Source of the DNA: Rhina ancylostomus
Taxonomy: Eukaryota
NCBI GenBank assembly: GCA_030265395.1
Contig: JARFYF010000094.1
Coordinates: 94,596,880 to 94,660,879, forward strand
Direction: 5' to 3'
Length of the DNA stretch: 64,000 nt
Each line of letters opens with the position of its first letter. Position 1 is the first letter of the stretch. A model generated the notes under the pieces. That model saw nothing but the letters and a program-made list of their open reading frames with translations. It was not told where the DNA came from and ran no database searches. Position numbers and translations under genes: made by a program. Below, in pieces: positions 37,017 to 49,959 of the stretch.

Positions 37017-38779
37017 GCTTGAATACTCTGGCAACAGTTAATTGAGGCAGTGGAGGCTGCCACCCAGTAGAAGTGTTCAGTATTATTATAAACCATCATT
37101 TCCCTAAAATAGAGTTAAAAGAAATGAGACCCTGAACACAAGACTGGCTTCAAGGGGCTGGTTGGGTGTGACGAATGTTGACATCTGACCATACATATTC
37201 AGTTTGAAAATTGTTCTCATTGTTTCCATAGATTTCAAGTGGCTAATACCAATCTATGTGTTCTGATTTAGGACTTTCCTATCAAGGTAGCAATGGTATA
37301 AAGCATCATCTTTCTGAATCCAAAGACCAAGAAAATCCTGAACAAACCCCATACCAACAATTCAATAAAATCACAAGTAGGACTGGGCTTCTGAGCCAAA
37401 TTGCCAGGGCTTGTCCACAAGTTGATAACATCTGTATTAATATATCAGCCATCATGTTCAATGGTTGAACTGAGTGGGATTCTTTTTGTCAAAAAGAGTA
37501 GATTGAAAACAACAAAGTCTTTTATGATTATAAACACAGAGTTGATGTTTCCAATTCTGTGGGAATCCAAAACCAAGATTCTTAAGTTTAAGAATCTAAT
37601 AAGGAATTCAAGAGATTGGTGATAGCAGGGAACTCAATACCATTTGGAATGGTTGAGTGAATCCCATAAGTGCATTTTTGAGGATGTGAGATAGGTACAT
37701 TGAGGGAGAGAGGAATAAAAAAATATGTTGCTGGGAGAGATGAAGTAAGGTATGAAGAGGGTCATCAGCAGAAAAATAAACCTGACAGAGCAAATGATCT
37801 GTTTATGCAATATAAACTTCAATGTAATATTTGTTGGCTTGTTTTGGTATTGAACAGACAGTCTGAACAATCTATATCCTTACTGATTATTTAAATGCTT
37901 CAGAAATGTTCCTGCAACTGAACATAGTTTTTCAAATCTCTATTTCAAATGATAAAGTGAATGGAAGGAACATGACAAATTTTAAGAAATAATTCACAGA
38001 ACTAAATTTAATTTATAGCTTTTAAAGAAGCGACCAGTGAAAGTGGATAGCTGCTAAATTATTGCAGTGTGATTATGGACTGAACAAGAGCAACTAATTC
38101 TGAAATGTGGGAACTGATCCATCCACTGTTTCTGAATGATGTTGTCACCTCACCAGTCAAACTATTGGTTTCCTTTATGCCTCCTAGATCTGCAATCAAT
38201 GGAGACATTTGTAATTTAGGTCATTTGTTTCAATGCCTCAGCAAGATACCATGATCTGTTCTCAGTATGAGAGAACAAACATGCAAACCACAACAGAACT
38301 TTATCTAAGACACTGCAGAAGTATGAAACTGGCTTGAAGTGGTTCATTTATTGATGTTCCCTCCATCCTAAATGTTTTCTGCCTCTTGCACTGTGCAATG
38401 TTTCCTCTAATGACCTGTGTGAACCGATGTGAACTACTACCACAGTCCTGGATTAGTTTATTCACAATTCTATACTTGTAAGCATATATATAAAAATAAC
38501 ATTAAACCCACTCAGTACATCAGACAACAGAAATGGACTTAATATTTCAGGTTGATGATCTGGATTTTGTTTTAGCATTTTCTATTTTATTTCAGATTTC
38601 CAGCCTCTGCCAGTGTTTTTGTTTGTAAACAAGTTACTTTGTTGGACGACCAAGGCTCCTGTGGTAGCTTCCCCAGTAACGTTGCTCTCATGTTTCCTGA
38701 AATTGCTTGGCTGAGATCAAGAAAGAAACTGAGTTCTTGTTCTCTATGTGGTTGGAAACCGTGGCCTTGTTGGAAAGCG

Positions 38780-38992
38780 ATATCATACGCTAAAAGATGA
38801 TCTCTTGATCTCCTAACCTACCTCGTCGTAGCCCTTGCACTTTATTTGTCTACCTGCACTGCACTTTCTCTGTAACTATATTTTGCATTCTGTTTTCCTT
38901 TTTACTACCTCAAATGATCTGTCTGGATGGCATGTAAACAAAAGCTTTTCACTCAACCTCAGTACACGTGACAATAATAAACCAGTTCCAAT
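38780..38992 (+). mobile_element. Rex1/Babar 3' UTR
   Basis: cttgcactttatttgtctacctgcactgcactttctc...agtacacgtgacaataataaaccagttccaat. Confidence 0.75.
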
Positions 38993-39444
38993 GACAGTGG
39001 TGAGGGTTGGTCTGTGAATAGAATTGAAAAACGAAATTAACAGCAAGAAAGATAAAGAAGAAAGAAGTTTCATGTCGTGAAAATGATGGACTACACAATA
39101 ATACAAGAAAACCCAGCATTATGACAAGCAAAGCATTGTTCTTTATTCATATTATTGGTTCTGGTTGCTAAGCAACATGATCACCTCTCTGCTTCTTACA
39201 TTGTTTTTGCTCAGATCAGGAAGGATGTGGAGAGAAAAATGGAATCTGTATATTTGTAAAGAAAGGTACTGCAAAGGCTCCTTTTAAAAGATTTCACTGT
39301 CCCAATCCATGAATAAAAGTTTTAAGTACATTTCAATGATGAATAGTTGGTCCTTGAAGATCATTGCAGCTATTACATACAATGTATAGAGCCAGTGTAT
39401 TAGTGAGCATCAATGGTGGGGAGGAATGAAGGAACCATGAGAGC

Positions 39445-39860
39445 AAAAGAACAGAAACACAAGGATAAGCCAATTAGCACCAGAAGTCTTCTCTAATTCC
39501 AAATATTCAATGAGACCGTGACTGATCTGTGACCTTGCTCCTTATACATTTTTCTCCAGACTCCTTAATATGTTTGATTGACAAAATATGATCTCATATT
39601 TAAAATTAACACATCAATTCCATATATAATTCTAGTCAATCTATGCTGCCTTCTCTCTAAGGTGAATACCCCTACAGTGCGGTGCTCTGAACTGTTCACG
39701 ATATTTCAGGTGTGGTCTCACCAAGGCTTTATACAAGTTGTAGCAGGACCTCTACTCACTTGGATTCTGAGCCTTTATAGATGGCCAACATTCTGTTACC
39801 CTCTTTGATTTAGTCTCTGCATATGCCCATGGGATTTTAATACGTTCTGTACATTTGCTC
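39445..39860 (-). mobile_element. Old CR1 fragments
   Basis: gaactgttcacgatatttcaggtgtggtctcaccaaggctttatac is the reverse complement of YKALVRPHLKYREQF, matching CR1 LYKALVRPHLEYCVQF. Confidence 0.65.
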
Positions 39861-40514
39861 TCCCACCCCTTGTGTGGCCCTCTTGAGCTAAATGGCCTTT
39901 TAATCTGTTATAAATGCTGTAATGTATGTTTTCTACAGGCCAGGAATTCTCTGTTTGGAATTAGATAATATTTTAAAAGAAATAATCTTTGTGCTCTTTT
40001 GAGATTGGGTGCTTTTTATGCAAGTCACCATCTTTCTTTTTCCCATGACTGACGTTTTTCTGAGTAGAACCATTAATCGAGACGTTCCATAATATAATCA
40101 CAAAGAGTCTGATAAAAACAGAAGTAATTAAACAACATCACTTGTAAAGCTAATATGATATTGTATTCGTGAAAATGATATTCATGCTGACTTGCTGAGG
40201 ATGACATTTCATCTTTAATCAAACTGGTCACCCCCCACTTGGTCAGCATGTAGATGTGTGGAGAAGGTGGCATTGTAAAAGCTAATGAGAAATATCTTAA
40301 ATGAAACTTTTGGCCATAAGACGTTGCAAAATGAATGTGTGATCCCACCTTAGTGCTGCCATTCCATTCTCTGGTGAGAACATATCTTTAATTCCCGATT
40401 TTCTCACACATCTGACGTGAGTCCAGAGTAAGGACACAATACATTAAGATACGAGATGATATCAAGGAGCAGTTTCTCACGCAAACAGTGACATCACTGC
40501 AGAACTCCTGACCT

Positions 40515-42108
40515 TACTGATTCCTTGTGAACTGTAAATTGTTCTTCAGCTCTTAGATTTATTGCATCGATGTATAATGGAGATCAAAAACTGTCCAAGG
40601 TTCTTTTCTTAGTTTTCCACACCTGCATTCATTACTTCCAGAGAGGTTTTTTTTAATGTGTATAACCATTTATTTAGGAGCCAAGAGGATAATTCCACAT
40701 TCTGAGTTCTTACTGTTCCATGCCAGCTCCGTTCTTATATTTTAGCAGACGAGGCTTAGAGGCAAAATAGGTTGAAAATAGGCAAAATAAGACTAACAGA
40801 TTTTTATTAGACAAGGGCTTACAGGACATGTAATCAAGATGGATGACTGGAATTTACCAATCAGCACAAGCTGATTAGTAGGTGGAACATGCTGAATGGC
40901 CTCTTTCTGTGTGAGCATAAGGTTACAAACACTAACACCTAAGTGATGGTAAAATATACATTTTAGGTGGAAGATATTGAAAGCCTCTGAGGTGAGAAAA
41001 TAAACACTTTGTTAAAGATACAGAATTGTAGCCTACCAGTATGGTTAACAAGCAGGAATTGATTTGAACATATGTTGAACTGCTTCACAGAATGGAACTT
41101 CAATATTTGTAGTTGGCATTAAAAAATGCAAACCAATCTTTCCAAGGAACCTCAGAACTGGACTGATGTGCAGTCTGGGAGAGGTGAGAGAGTGGCCTGA
41201 AATATCTGGGGCTTTTCACTTTCTAAGAACAACTGCCAAAGAAATATCCTGGGTGCAATCGAGAGCTTACCACAAGGAGGATCAGGATGAGAAAGCTAAT
41301 CCTACAATGAATAATTTGTAACATAGTTCATGCTATTCCTGTTAATATCAATCACCCAGGCTGTTTATTAATTTCTGCTCATGTTTTCAGAGCTTCAGCT
41401 CTTCAAGCCTTCTGAATCTCTACTTTTCTGTTGAAGAATCTTATGAGTTTAATTAGGTAGTTTTATTCAGGCAGTGTGTTACACCAAGTACACATACTAT
41501 CGATATTCTTACCACTATTACACATCATCTAAACTATTCTACATTCAAATCACTTCAACTATTCCATGCCTTGCAGTGTACAAATGTTTGTCAGGTAGTC
41601 AGTCTAGGCCAAACCTACCAAAGTCGGAGAGACTTGTTTGACTCCTCCTCTGATAGCAATGGTGATGTTTGTATCTCACCTGCTCTTTATCCTGCTTGTC
41701 TACCCCTGTGAGTGTGTGATCAGCTACATGATCAGTTCCTGATGGGCCACCTAGGCCGTACTCTCCTTACTGGCTGGCCATGTTTCCCTACTGTTATCTT
41801 GTTGCCTGGGCTAAGACTGCCAGACCCCAATGTGAACAGTTTGTCTTGGATAAGTTGGCTATGGCCAAGCTTTATCAGTCTACTGATTCCTTGTGAACTG
41901 CAAATTTTCCTTCAGCTCTTAGGATTTATTGCTTCAATGTATAATGGAGAACAAAAACTGACCACGGTTCTTTCCTTAGTTTTCCACACCTGCATTCTTT
42001 ATTTCCAGAGAGGTTTTTTATGTACTTTACTATTTATTTAGGGGTCGAGAGGATAATTCCACATTCTGAGTTCTTTCTGTTCCATGCTAGCTCCATTCTT
42101 ATATTTTA
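40515..42108 (+). repeat. Pair of about 230-bp direct repeats (40515-40744 and 41881-42108)
   Basis: Both copies run from TACTGATTCCTTGTGAACTG to TTCTTATATTTTA, with scattered substitutions. Confidence 0.9.
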
Positions 42109-42169
42109 ATCCTGTTCTTGCAATCTTGGGAGCTCATCGATATTCAATATTTTTAATATACGCTACATC

Positions 42170-42600
42170 AACACCAACATCAGCAAAACTCATTTAATCT
42201 TGAAAAATATCCCAAAGCATCTACAGGAGCAATATCAAACACAATTAACAGCAAACTACCAATGGCAACATGAAGACCAATAATCAAAAGTTTAACCAAG
42301 GAAGTTTGTTTTAAGGGGAGTATGATAGAAGTGGGAAAGCAGCTGTCCAGGGAGGGAATTCTAGAATTTAAGGCTTCATTAGGTGAAGCTATGGTTGCCA
42401 ATGACAGTGTAATTAAAATCACAGAAGTGGGAAAGATGAGAATTTAGGGAATGCAGGAATCTTGGGGTGTGTAGCTGGAGGAGATTCAGAGATAGATTCA
42501 GAGAAGTTTCAAAATGTGGGTGAATGATGAGCTAACATATATTGGTGAGCACGGGATGGGCTTAGTTCAATAGTTAATGCAAGATAATCCATTCCTGGGA
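42170..42600 (-). mobile_element. Old L2-type LINE 3' end
   Basis: atcccaaagcatctacaggagc...gtccagggagggaattctagaatttaagg. The tail resembles the DeuSINE/L2 tail. Confidence 0.5.
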
Positions 42601-43309
42601 TAGCTTTTTACTCAAAAACAGAAAGCTTCCTTTAACAACATTTTTTGAGGGTAATATTTAAATTGTGCAATTGTGTAAAAAGGGTCACGATGAATTCTAG
42701 CCATTTTACTCTCTATTCCCACTCCTTGGCATTTAGGGTATGGGAGGCCAACAGTTGTCCACTTCAAGGTGGCTCCTGACCTTGATCAACCACCTGGTCC
42801 TGAGGCATTACCAGAAATGAGGACCTTAGAAGAAGTCCAATAGTGTCCGGCTCAAATTGTAGAATGAGTTTAGTTGGGCAGATTTGGGAGCATTCCCCTG
42901 CAGTAGAAGTTGCTTCTATAAGTAAAACATTTTATCAAACCATTTTTCCAATTCCGTTCTGTTCATGTGTAGCACCTTTGATATCCAAATGTGATTAAAG
43001 ACAACCCAGCCTTTATGAGTACTGTCACTGTTCTTGAATGCTGAAAACCTTAGGTCACTGTTTCCTTTCACCTCCTGGGTTTAACTCCTGTACTAATTGG
43101 CTGGGTGAAACAATTCTTTATAGATCAGTTATAAGATTTCTAAACCTATTCTCCTCATTAAACTGATCAAACTCGCTACTAATTTGCACTATCTCATCCA
43201 GAGGCTCTAATGTATGCCACTCTTAGTAGAGAAATGTACCCTGCATGATACCTGACCTGGAGTGTTCAATTCCATACCCACAAAGAAATAGTGCAGATTT
43301 CTATTTCAT

Positions 43310-45397
43310 GCAGCAAAAAACAAACTGCTGGAGGAATTCAACGGGTCAGGCAGCATCTGTGGAGGAAGAGGGATAGTTGACGTTTTGGGTTGAGACCCCT
43401 GCATCAGGGCTGAGAGTGTAGGGCAAGATAGCCAGTATAAAGAGGTGAGGGGGACTGGTGAGGTAGGAGCCAGCTGGCGATAGGTGGAACCAGGTGAGGA
43501 GGGATATGATGGGCAGATGGACCCAGGTCGGGGAAGGGAAGGGGGAAGTAGAATCAAAGGCTGGAAGGTGATAAGTGGAGACAACAAAGGGCTGCAGATT
43601 CTGGAATCTCAAGGTGATAAGTGGAACCAGATAATGGAGGGATGATGGGCAGGTGGAACCAGTGGAGGAGGAGATAGGAAACCCAGTGAGTAAAGTGTGT
43701 GGCTGATGGGCACACGGAACCAGGTAAGGGAGGGGAAAGAAACTGGGTAACAGGCAGTTGGGGGAGGAGGTTGAAAAGAAGGTGGGGGGAGAGAATCTGG
43801 GTGGATCAGAAGGAGGGTGAAAGGAACACAAGGGCTGTGGGTGATAGGGTAGCAGTTAGCGTAATGCTGTTATAGCACCAGTGACCTGGGTTCAATTCCG
43901 GCCGCTGTCTGTAAGGAGTTTGTACGTTCTCCCCGTGTCTGTGTGAGTTTCCTCCAGGTGCTCCGGTTTCCTCCCACATCCCAAAGACATACAAGTTGTG
44001 GGCATGCTATGTTGGTGCCAGAAGTGTGGTGACACTTGCAGGCTGTCCCCAGAACACTCCATGCAAAAAAAGATGCATTTCACTGTGGGTATCAATGTAT
44101 ATGTGACTAATAAAGATATCTTAAATTGGAAAATTCAATGTTCATACCATTGGGTTGTGGACTACCCAAACAGAATATGAGGTACTGTTCTCTAGTTTGC
44201 ATTTGGCATCACCCTGGTGGTGGAGGAGGCCAAGGGCAGTGTAGTGTAGGTCAGTGTAGGAACGGGAAGGGCAGTTGAAATGGCGTGCTACCAGGAGCTT
44301 GAGATGGTCATTGTGGACAGAGCACAGATGATTGGCAAAGCGGTTGCCTAGTTGATGTAGAGGAGTCCACATCGAGAGCACATTAAGACGAGGTTGGAAG
44401 AGGTACATGTGAACTCTTGCCTCACCTGGAAGGGCTGTTTGGGTCCCTGGATGGTGGTGAGGAAGGAGGTGTGTTGACAGGTGTTGCATCTCCTGCAGTT
44501 GCAGGAGTTAGTGCCTGGGGAGGGGGAGGGATGGTTGGGGAGAGATGAGAGAACCAGGGAGTCACGGAGAGATTGATCCCCATGGAAAGCAGAAAGGGGT
44601 GTGGAGGGGAAGATGTGACTGGTGGTGGGATCGCATAGCAGCTGGCGAAAATGACAAAGAATGGTGTGCTGGTTGTGGAGGCTGATAGGTTGAAAGGTGA
44701 GGACCAAGGGAACTCTTCTGTCTGGGGGGAGGCAGGGTGAGAGCAGAAGTGCGGGAAGTGCAGGACATGCAGGTCATGGCTCCATCAACTACAGTAGAGG
44801 TGCATCCACATCTCCTGAAAAAGGAGGACATTTCNNNNNNNNNNNNNNNNNNNNNNNNNNNNNNNNNNNNNNNNNNNNNNNNNNNNNNNNNNNNNNNNNN
44901 NNNNNNNNNNNNNNNNNNNNNNNNNNNNNNNNNNTCCACATCTCCTGAAAAAGGAGGACATTTCGTATGTCCTGGAATGGAAAGTCTCATATCGATGCAG
45001 GGGAGATAGAAAAACAGAGAGAAAGGGGTGGTGTCCTTGCAAGAGACAGGATGGGAGGAAGTGTATTCTAGATAGCTGTGGGAGTGCGTGGGTTTATAGT
45101 AAATATCAGTGGATAGTTTGTCTCCTGAGATGGAGAACAGAGAGATCCAGAAAGGAGAGAGAGGTGTCAGAAATGGTCAAGTGAATTTGAGGATGGGGTG
45201 GAAGTTAATAGCGAAGTTGATAAAATAGATGAGTTCTACATCAGTGCAGGAGGCAGCACCAATGTAGTCATTGATGTAGCAAAGAAGGCAATGGGGAGTG
45301 GTGCCTGAGTAGTTTTGGAACAAGGACTGTTCCACGTAGCCAACAAAAAGTCAGATGCAGCTAGGGACCTGCTCCAGATTCCAGCATCTGCAGTCTC
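43310..45397 (-). mobile_element. Penelope-like element, 5'-truncated (RT remnant, GIY-YIG, 3' UTR, terminal module), with a 16-bp TSD and an inverted 3' tip
   Basis: The minus strand gives GYVEQSLF...CYINDYIG (decayed RYIDD), EMSSFF, CNCRRCNTC, FQVRQEFTCTSSNLV..CSRCGLLYI and LGNRFANHL...VARHFN. CAGATTTCTATTTCAT occurs at 43294-43309 and 45398-45413. Confidence 0.9.
43843..44123 (+). mobile_element. V-SINE with Rex/Babar-like tail, nested in the Penelope element
   Basis: B-box GGTTCAATTCC, V-domain, and tail GATGCATTTCACTGTG...ATGTGACTAATAAAGATATCTT. Confidence 0.85.
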
Positions 45398-45559
45398 CAG
45401 ATTTCTATTTCATAACATTTGATATTTCCTTGAGCAGGATGCACATTTGTTTCAAAAATCTATATTCATTGTAATACAGAAATCTAACGCTACCAAGTAG
45501 TGAACTAGTCAATGCTATAACAATGTCCTGCAACCACAAGAAACACCTTAAGGTATTAG

Positions 45560-45928
45560 TCGTCCTTCTGGGTAAGGAGGTTATGGGCCAAAGTCACAAT
45601 CCAAAGACTTGAGCACTTGCTGCATTGCCTGAAGTGTTGCCTTTCTGATGAGATTTTAACTCAAAGCCCTGTCGGCTCTCTCAGGTGGAGGTAAATGATC
45701 CCCTGACACAATTTCAGGGAAGACCAGGGTGGCCTCAGCGACCTGCCCAATATTTATCCCTTCACCAACATTGCTAAATAGATTATTTAGTTATTATAAC
45801 ATTGCAGTTTGTTGGAGTTAGCATTGCGTAAATTCGCAGTTTCCTACCAATAATTACTAAACTTCAATAATTACTTCATTGGCTGCGAAGTACTTGATAG
45901 ATGCTAGATAAATGCAAGTGTTTTTTTC
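45560..45928 (+). mobile_element. DeuSINE (SacSINE1/AmnSINE1-like), near full length
   Basis: gacttgagcac...ctttctgatgag...ctctcaggtgga.gtaaa.gatccc...ccaatatttatccct...cttcattggctg.gaag...gctagataaatgcaagt. Confidence 0.8.
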
Positions 45929-46744
45929 AGTGTGTTATCCGGTTACTCTAAATTCTCATTGCCCAGCTGATAGATCATATTCTACTGTGCACATTATTCT
46001 ACACTTCAGATAAGCAAATTAGGAGATGAATTGTGTGACTTACAAAAACATTATAAGCATAGGAATAAACTTTTGCTACATTTCAGGTTTGTGATTTATT
46101 TACTGAGTTAAGACTTCTGAGAGGATCTGAACCCATTGGCTGATGAGGGAATCCTTAAAAGTTTTTGTATTTAGATGGCACAGTATATTTTTACAAGTTG
46201 GTGGTTAAGACCTTTAAGCTAAAGTATCTCCTGTCATGCACTGTACAAGTTCTAATCCCCATAAGAAGGTCCTTGATCATGTATGAGTTCCTGGTGAGGA
46301 GACCAAGTTTGTATTAATGACTGTGGACTTTTAAGTTGCAAGACCAGACACCTGCTTGTTAAAATTGTTTGCTTCTACAAAGCTATGAGTCTACACCAAT
46401 GCATTGTATAATGGTTAGGTTATTGGACCAGCAGCCAATATTATGGAGCATTGATCCAGAAACATGAGATCAAATCCCATCGTAGCAAAGTATGTTGATG
46501 GCTCTACAGCAAAAACCTGCCTTAGTTATACTCGTCTTTGTACTGATGCATTTGCCTCTCTGAATTTATGCTGTGGGCTTTTCACTCAGGGAGAGGAAAG
46601 GAACCAGTAGTTGAAGGCAAGAGTTAGAGATCTGAGGACACAAGGTGGACAATTCTGAATTACAATCACTGCAAAAAAAAGCTCTGCATCAATATAAAGA
46701 TTTGACACAGGTTGAAAATAAAATCATGTTGTGGCAACTCTTAA

Positions 46745-46910
46745 GAGAGATTATCTAATCATTCTCTCGCCGCTGTTGTTGGAGCTTGTGCACAAATTGG
46801 CAGATTACAATTCCCTAAGTTACACCAGTGACTGCACTTCAAAATATATAATTGGCCATGAAGTACTAAAGGATATCCTGAGCTAATGAAAAATGCTATA
46901 TAAATGTCAT
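46745..46910 (+). mobile_element. DeuSINE 3' half
   Basis: ggagcttgtgcacaaattggc...agtgactgcacttcaaaa...gctatataaatg. Confidence 0.7.
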
Positions 46911-47664
46911 TTTTAAAACAGAAAAGCAGACATAATTGTCAAAGCAATACAAATTGTGCAATTTACCTGTTGACTTTGATTTGGCAAATTTGGTGGAAGG
47001 TTTGCTTGGCTTCTTCAGCTATTTATGAACAAATAATATCAAAGCTGTCCAAAACTAAACCAAACAAAATGATTTTTTTTGTGGGTTACACAAATATACT
47101 TTGCATTGCAATTTTTGTCAGCTATGTTCAGAATAACATTGAGAAGGCTATCAAAGCATGAATATTGCCGAGTTTATATAACTTCCAAGAGAATTGGCAC
47201 ATCCACTGTTTTCAATTCATGTTAAAGATGTATCTTTGTAACAAATGCAATTGAATTAGTCAATTTCCTCTCCAGTATCTATCCAGTGTAGTTCATAGTT
47301 ATATTGAAGCCATTAATCTCAGACCACAGTTACATAAACACTTCTATAGCTACATTCTGTCTGTCTGTTAGTTTGTGCCTCTCTTGCTCCCGGTAGATTA
47401 CAGACCACAGAGCTTTCAGAGACTGTGAATAGCTTCTAATTAGAGTAGTTTCATGACACACAGCCTAGTAATTAATGACTCTGTCCAGCTGTCAATTATT
47501 TCCTGAGCTCCAATCTGTTCTTTCTACCAATAATAAAACCTTCATTAGTGAGAACATTCAGCAGACCTACCCAGAGGCTTCAATTGATTACAATATAATA
47601 ACATTCCCCTAAGACTTTTCTGACCTTCTTGCTATTGAGGAGTGACAATAAGATCCATCCATAA

Positions 47665-48090
47665 AATCATAAGAGCATATGAAGTGGGAGTGGGAATTGG
47701 CTACAATCCACCTTGAGCCTGCTCCACCATTTAATAAAGTTTTGGCTGATCTGATCTTGGTCTCAGCTCCACTTTGCCACCTATACCCCATAACTCTCCA
47801 CCCCACTAAATTCCATCTAAGAGAGGTGGCCTTGAATATAATCAATGACTCAACCTCTTTAACATTCTGGGATAGAGACAATAAGGTGCAAGGTCATAAC
47901 AAGGTAGATTGTGAAGTCAAGAGTCCATCTCATGTTATAATGGGACTGTTTAATTGTTTTATCATCATGGGATAGAAGCTGTCCTTGAGCCTGGTGGTAT
48001 GTGCCCTCAGGCTCTTGTATCTTCTGCCTGATGGGAGAGGAGGGAAGAGAGAATGACTCGCGTGGGTGGGGTGGGGTCTTTGATTGTTGG
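47665..48090 (-). mobile_element. CR1 3' end (47665-47875) abutting a Rex/Babar fragment (47875-48090)
   Basis: ccttgagcctgctccaccatttaata...ggctgatctg, then gaagctgtccttgagcctggtggta...cttctgcctgatggg. Confidence 0.75.
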
Positions 48091-48903
48091 ATTCCCATTG
48101 TTTTGGCTTTTTTAGGTTGCCCAGTTTAGCGAAGAGAGGAGGATATTATGGCAGCATGTTGCAACATCTAGTGGAGGGTGGATATATTACTGGAATGTAA
48201 AAGGGGTCTTCATTTTCTAACTTCCCATTTTCCTCTCTGATCCATCTGCAATTGGAAACTGCAAATCTTTCAACAAGTAGAAACAGCAAAATAGAGTTGG
48301 CTAAATTTAAAATCGAAGGCTTTGAAACTGAAGGGAATATCTAACAGCTACTGAGGAATTCTATATTTTGGGTGGATATGGACATTACTGGCAAGGCTCG
48401 CCTTTATTGCCCATCCCATTTTGCCTCTTGAGAAGGTAGTGGTGCAACTGAGACCATTTCAGAGAGCATTTTTAGAGTCAATCACATGGGCTGGGTCTGG
48501 ATCTAGTGGATGCTCACAGTCTTACTGCAGTCTCACAGTCAGTAGCATGCAGAAGTGATTTTTATTCAAAGATTTTGAGTGCTGCTTGCAAATTTAGAAG
48601 ACCAATAAGTTATGCACTGTTCTTTTTGACCATATAAAATCTTTGATAGTTTTTGAAATTTTAACAAACTTCATGCAGGGAAGCACTTGAATCTGGATCA
48701 TGGGGAGAATAACCAAATAGAGATTGAAATATGGGATGTGGAATTTGAACAACAATTCTTCCTGTTGATTCCTGTTCATATACTTCTTCCACAAGAAACG
48801 TGTCTTGGAGGGTACTGGAGGATGCCCGATCAGTTCATTCTATTGGGAATACCGCTGTCTATATAAAACCTTGTACAAGTTTTATAAAAAATATCTATAT
48901 ATT

Positions 48904-48947
<44 letters not shown>
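48904..48947. repeat. Compound (TG)n(TA)n microsatellite
   Basis: Read directly from the sequence. Confidence 0.95.
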
Positions 48948-48951
<4 letters not shown>

Positions 48952-49959
48952 TATATGCAGATATATATACATATACACCTTTTATATTTAAAGTAATAAT
49001 TTGAAATTGTTTGCTTAAAAGTATCAGCAATCTATCTATTTAAGTGTAACAATATCCCCTGCTTCTATGAAAAGTTTACCTCATAGAGGTTGATATGACA
49101 GTTATATGTATTAAATGATCAATTATGTCAATCAGCTAAGGGGCTCAGGGAGAAGAGTGGTTGGTCAGACCACAGAGATTCAGCCTCCAATTTCAATCTA
49201 TATTTGCAAAACAATCCAAGCTTGTAAGAAATGTTTTGAAGGGGTTAGCTTCATTAGCATGGAAACAGCATGGAAACAGACCCTTCAGCCCACACAAGTC
49301 TGTGCCAACCATCAAGCACCCATTGATCTAGATCATGGGGAGAATAACCATTCCTCTAGTATGTTTGAGAGAAAGATAATCACCAAGGTTGTAACTTCAA
49401 TATAAAATGTCTTTCAAAAATCAACAATGAGATGAATGTGGTTTCATGAAAGATTATTTTGTATTAAAGATTGAAACCTGAGTTCAGAGTATTTCATGGA
49501 GATAATTCCAGCAAAGGAAGCATTACTAGGATAAAGGATCCATACCAGCACTGCTGCTATTTAAAGCTTCCTTCAGATATACAGTATGTGCTGTCTCTTT
49601 TGATATTTCCAAGGCCACCAACCTAGATAATAGCATTCAACATTTCAAGTTCCAATTGAAAGATTAACTGAAAACATTTTAAATTCTGTTTGAACATGCA
49701 ATCATCTTATTTTTCAAATCTTCCTCCATGTTCTAAACAGTTTAGGTATTTCAAATGATTCAAAAATCAAAAGCAGTGCCTGCAAATCTTTTGTATTTCA
49801 ACAAATACAGGACAAGATGTTTGACAAATCTGCTCTCTTAGTGATTCCTGTTGGAACATTCTGGATTGAAGTAGTCAGAAAATATTCATGGGTGGGAAAG
49901 TTTTGATGCTCAGGTCTTGAATTTAGTTCGGATATGTTTGGAGTCCTGAGACAGTTGCT

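Noticed and set aside
44806-44963. About 30-bp direct repeat on either side of a 100-N gap
   Set aside because: Looks like an unmerged contig overlap (assembly artefact); the Penelope frame continues across it.
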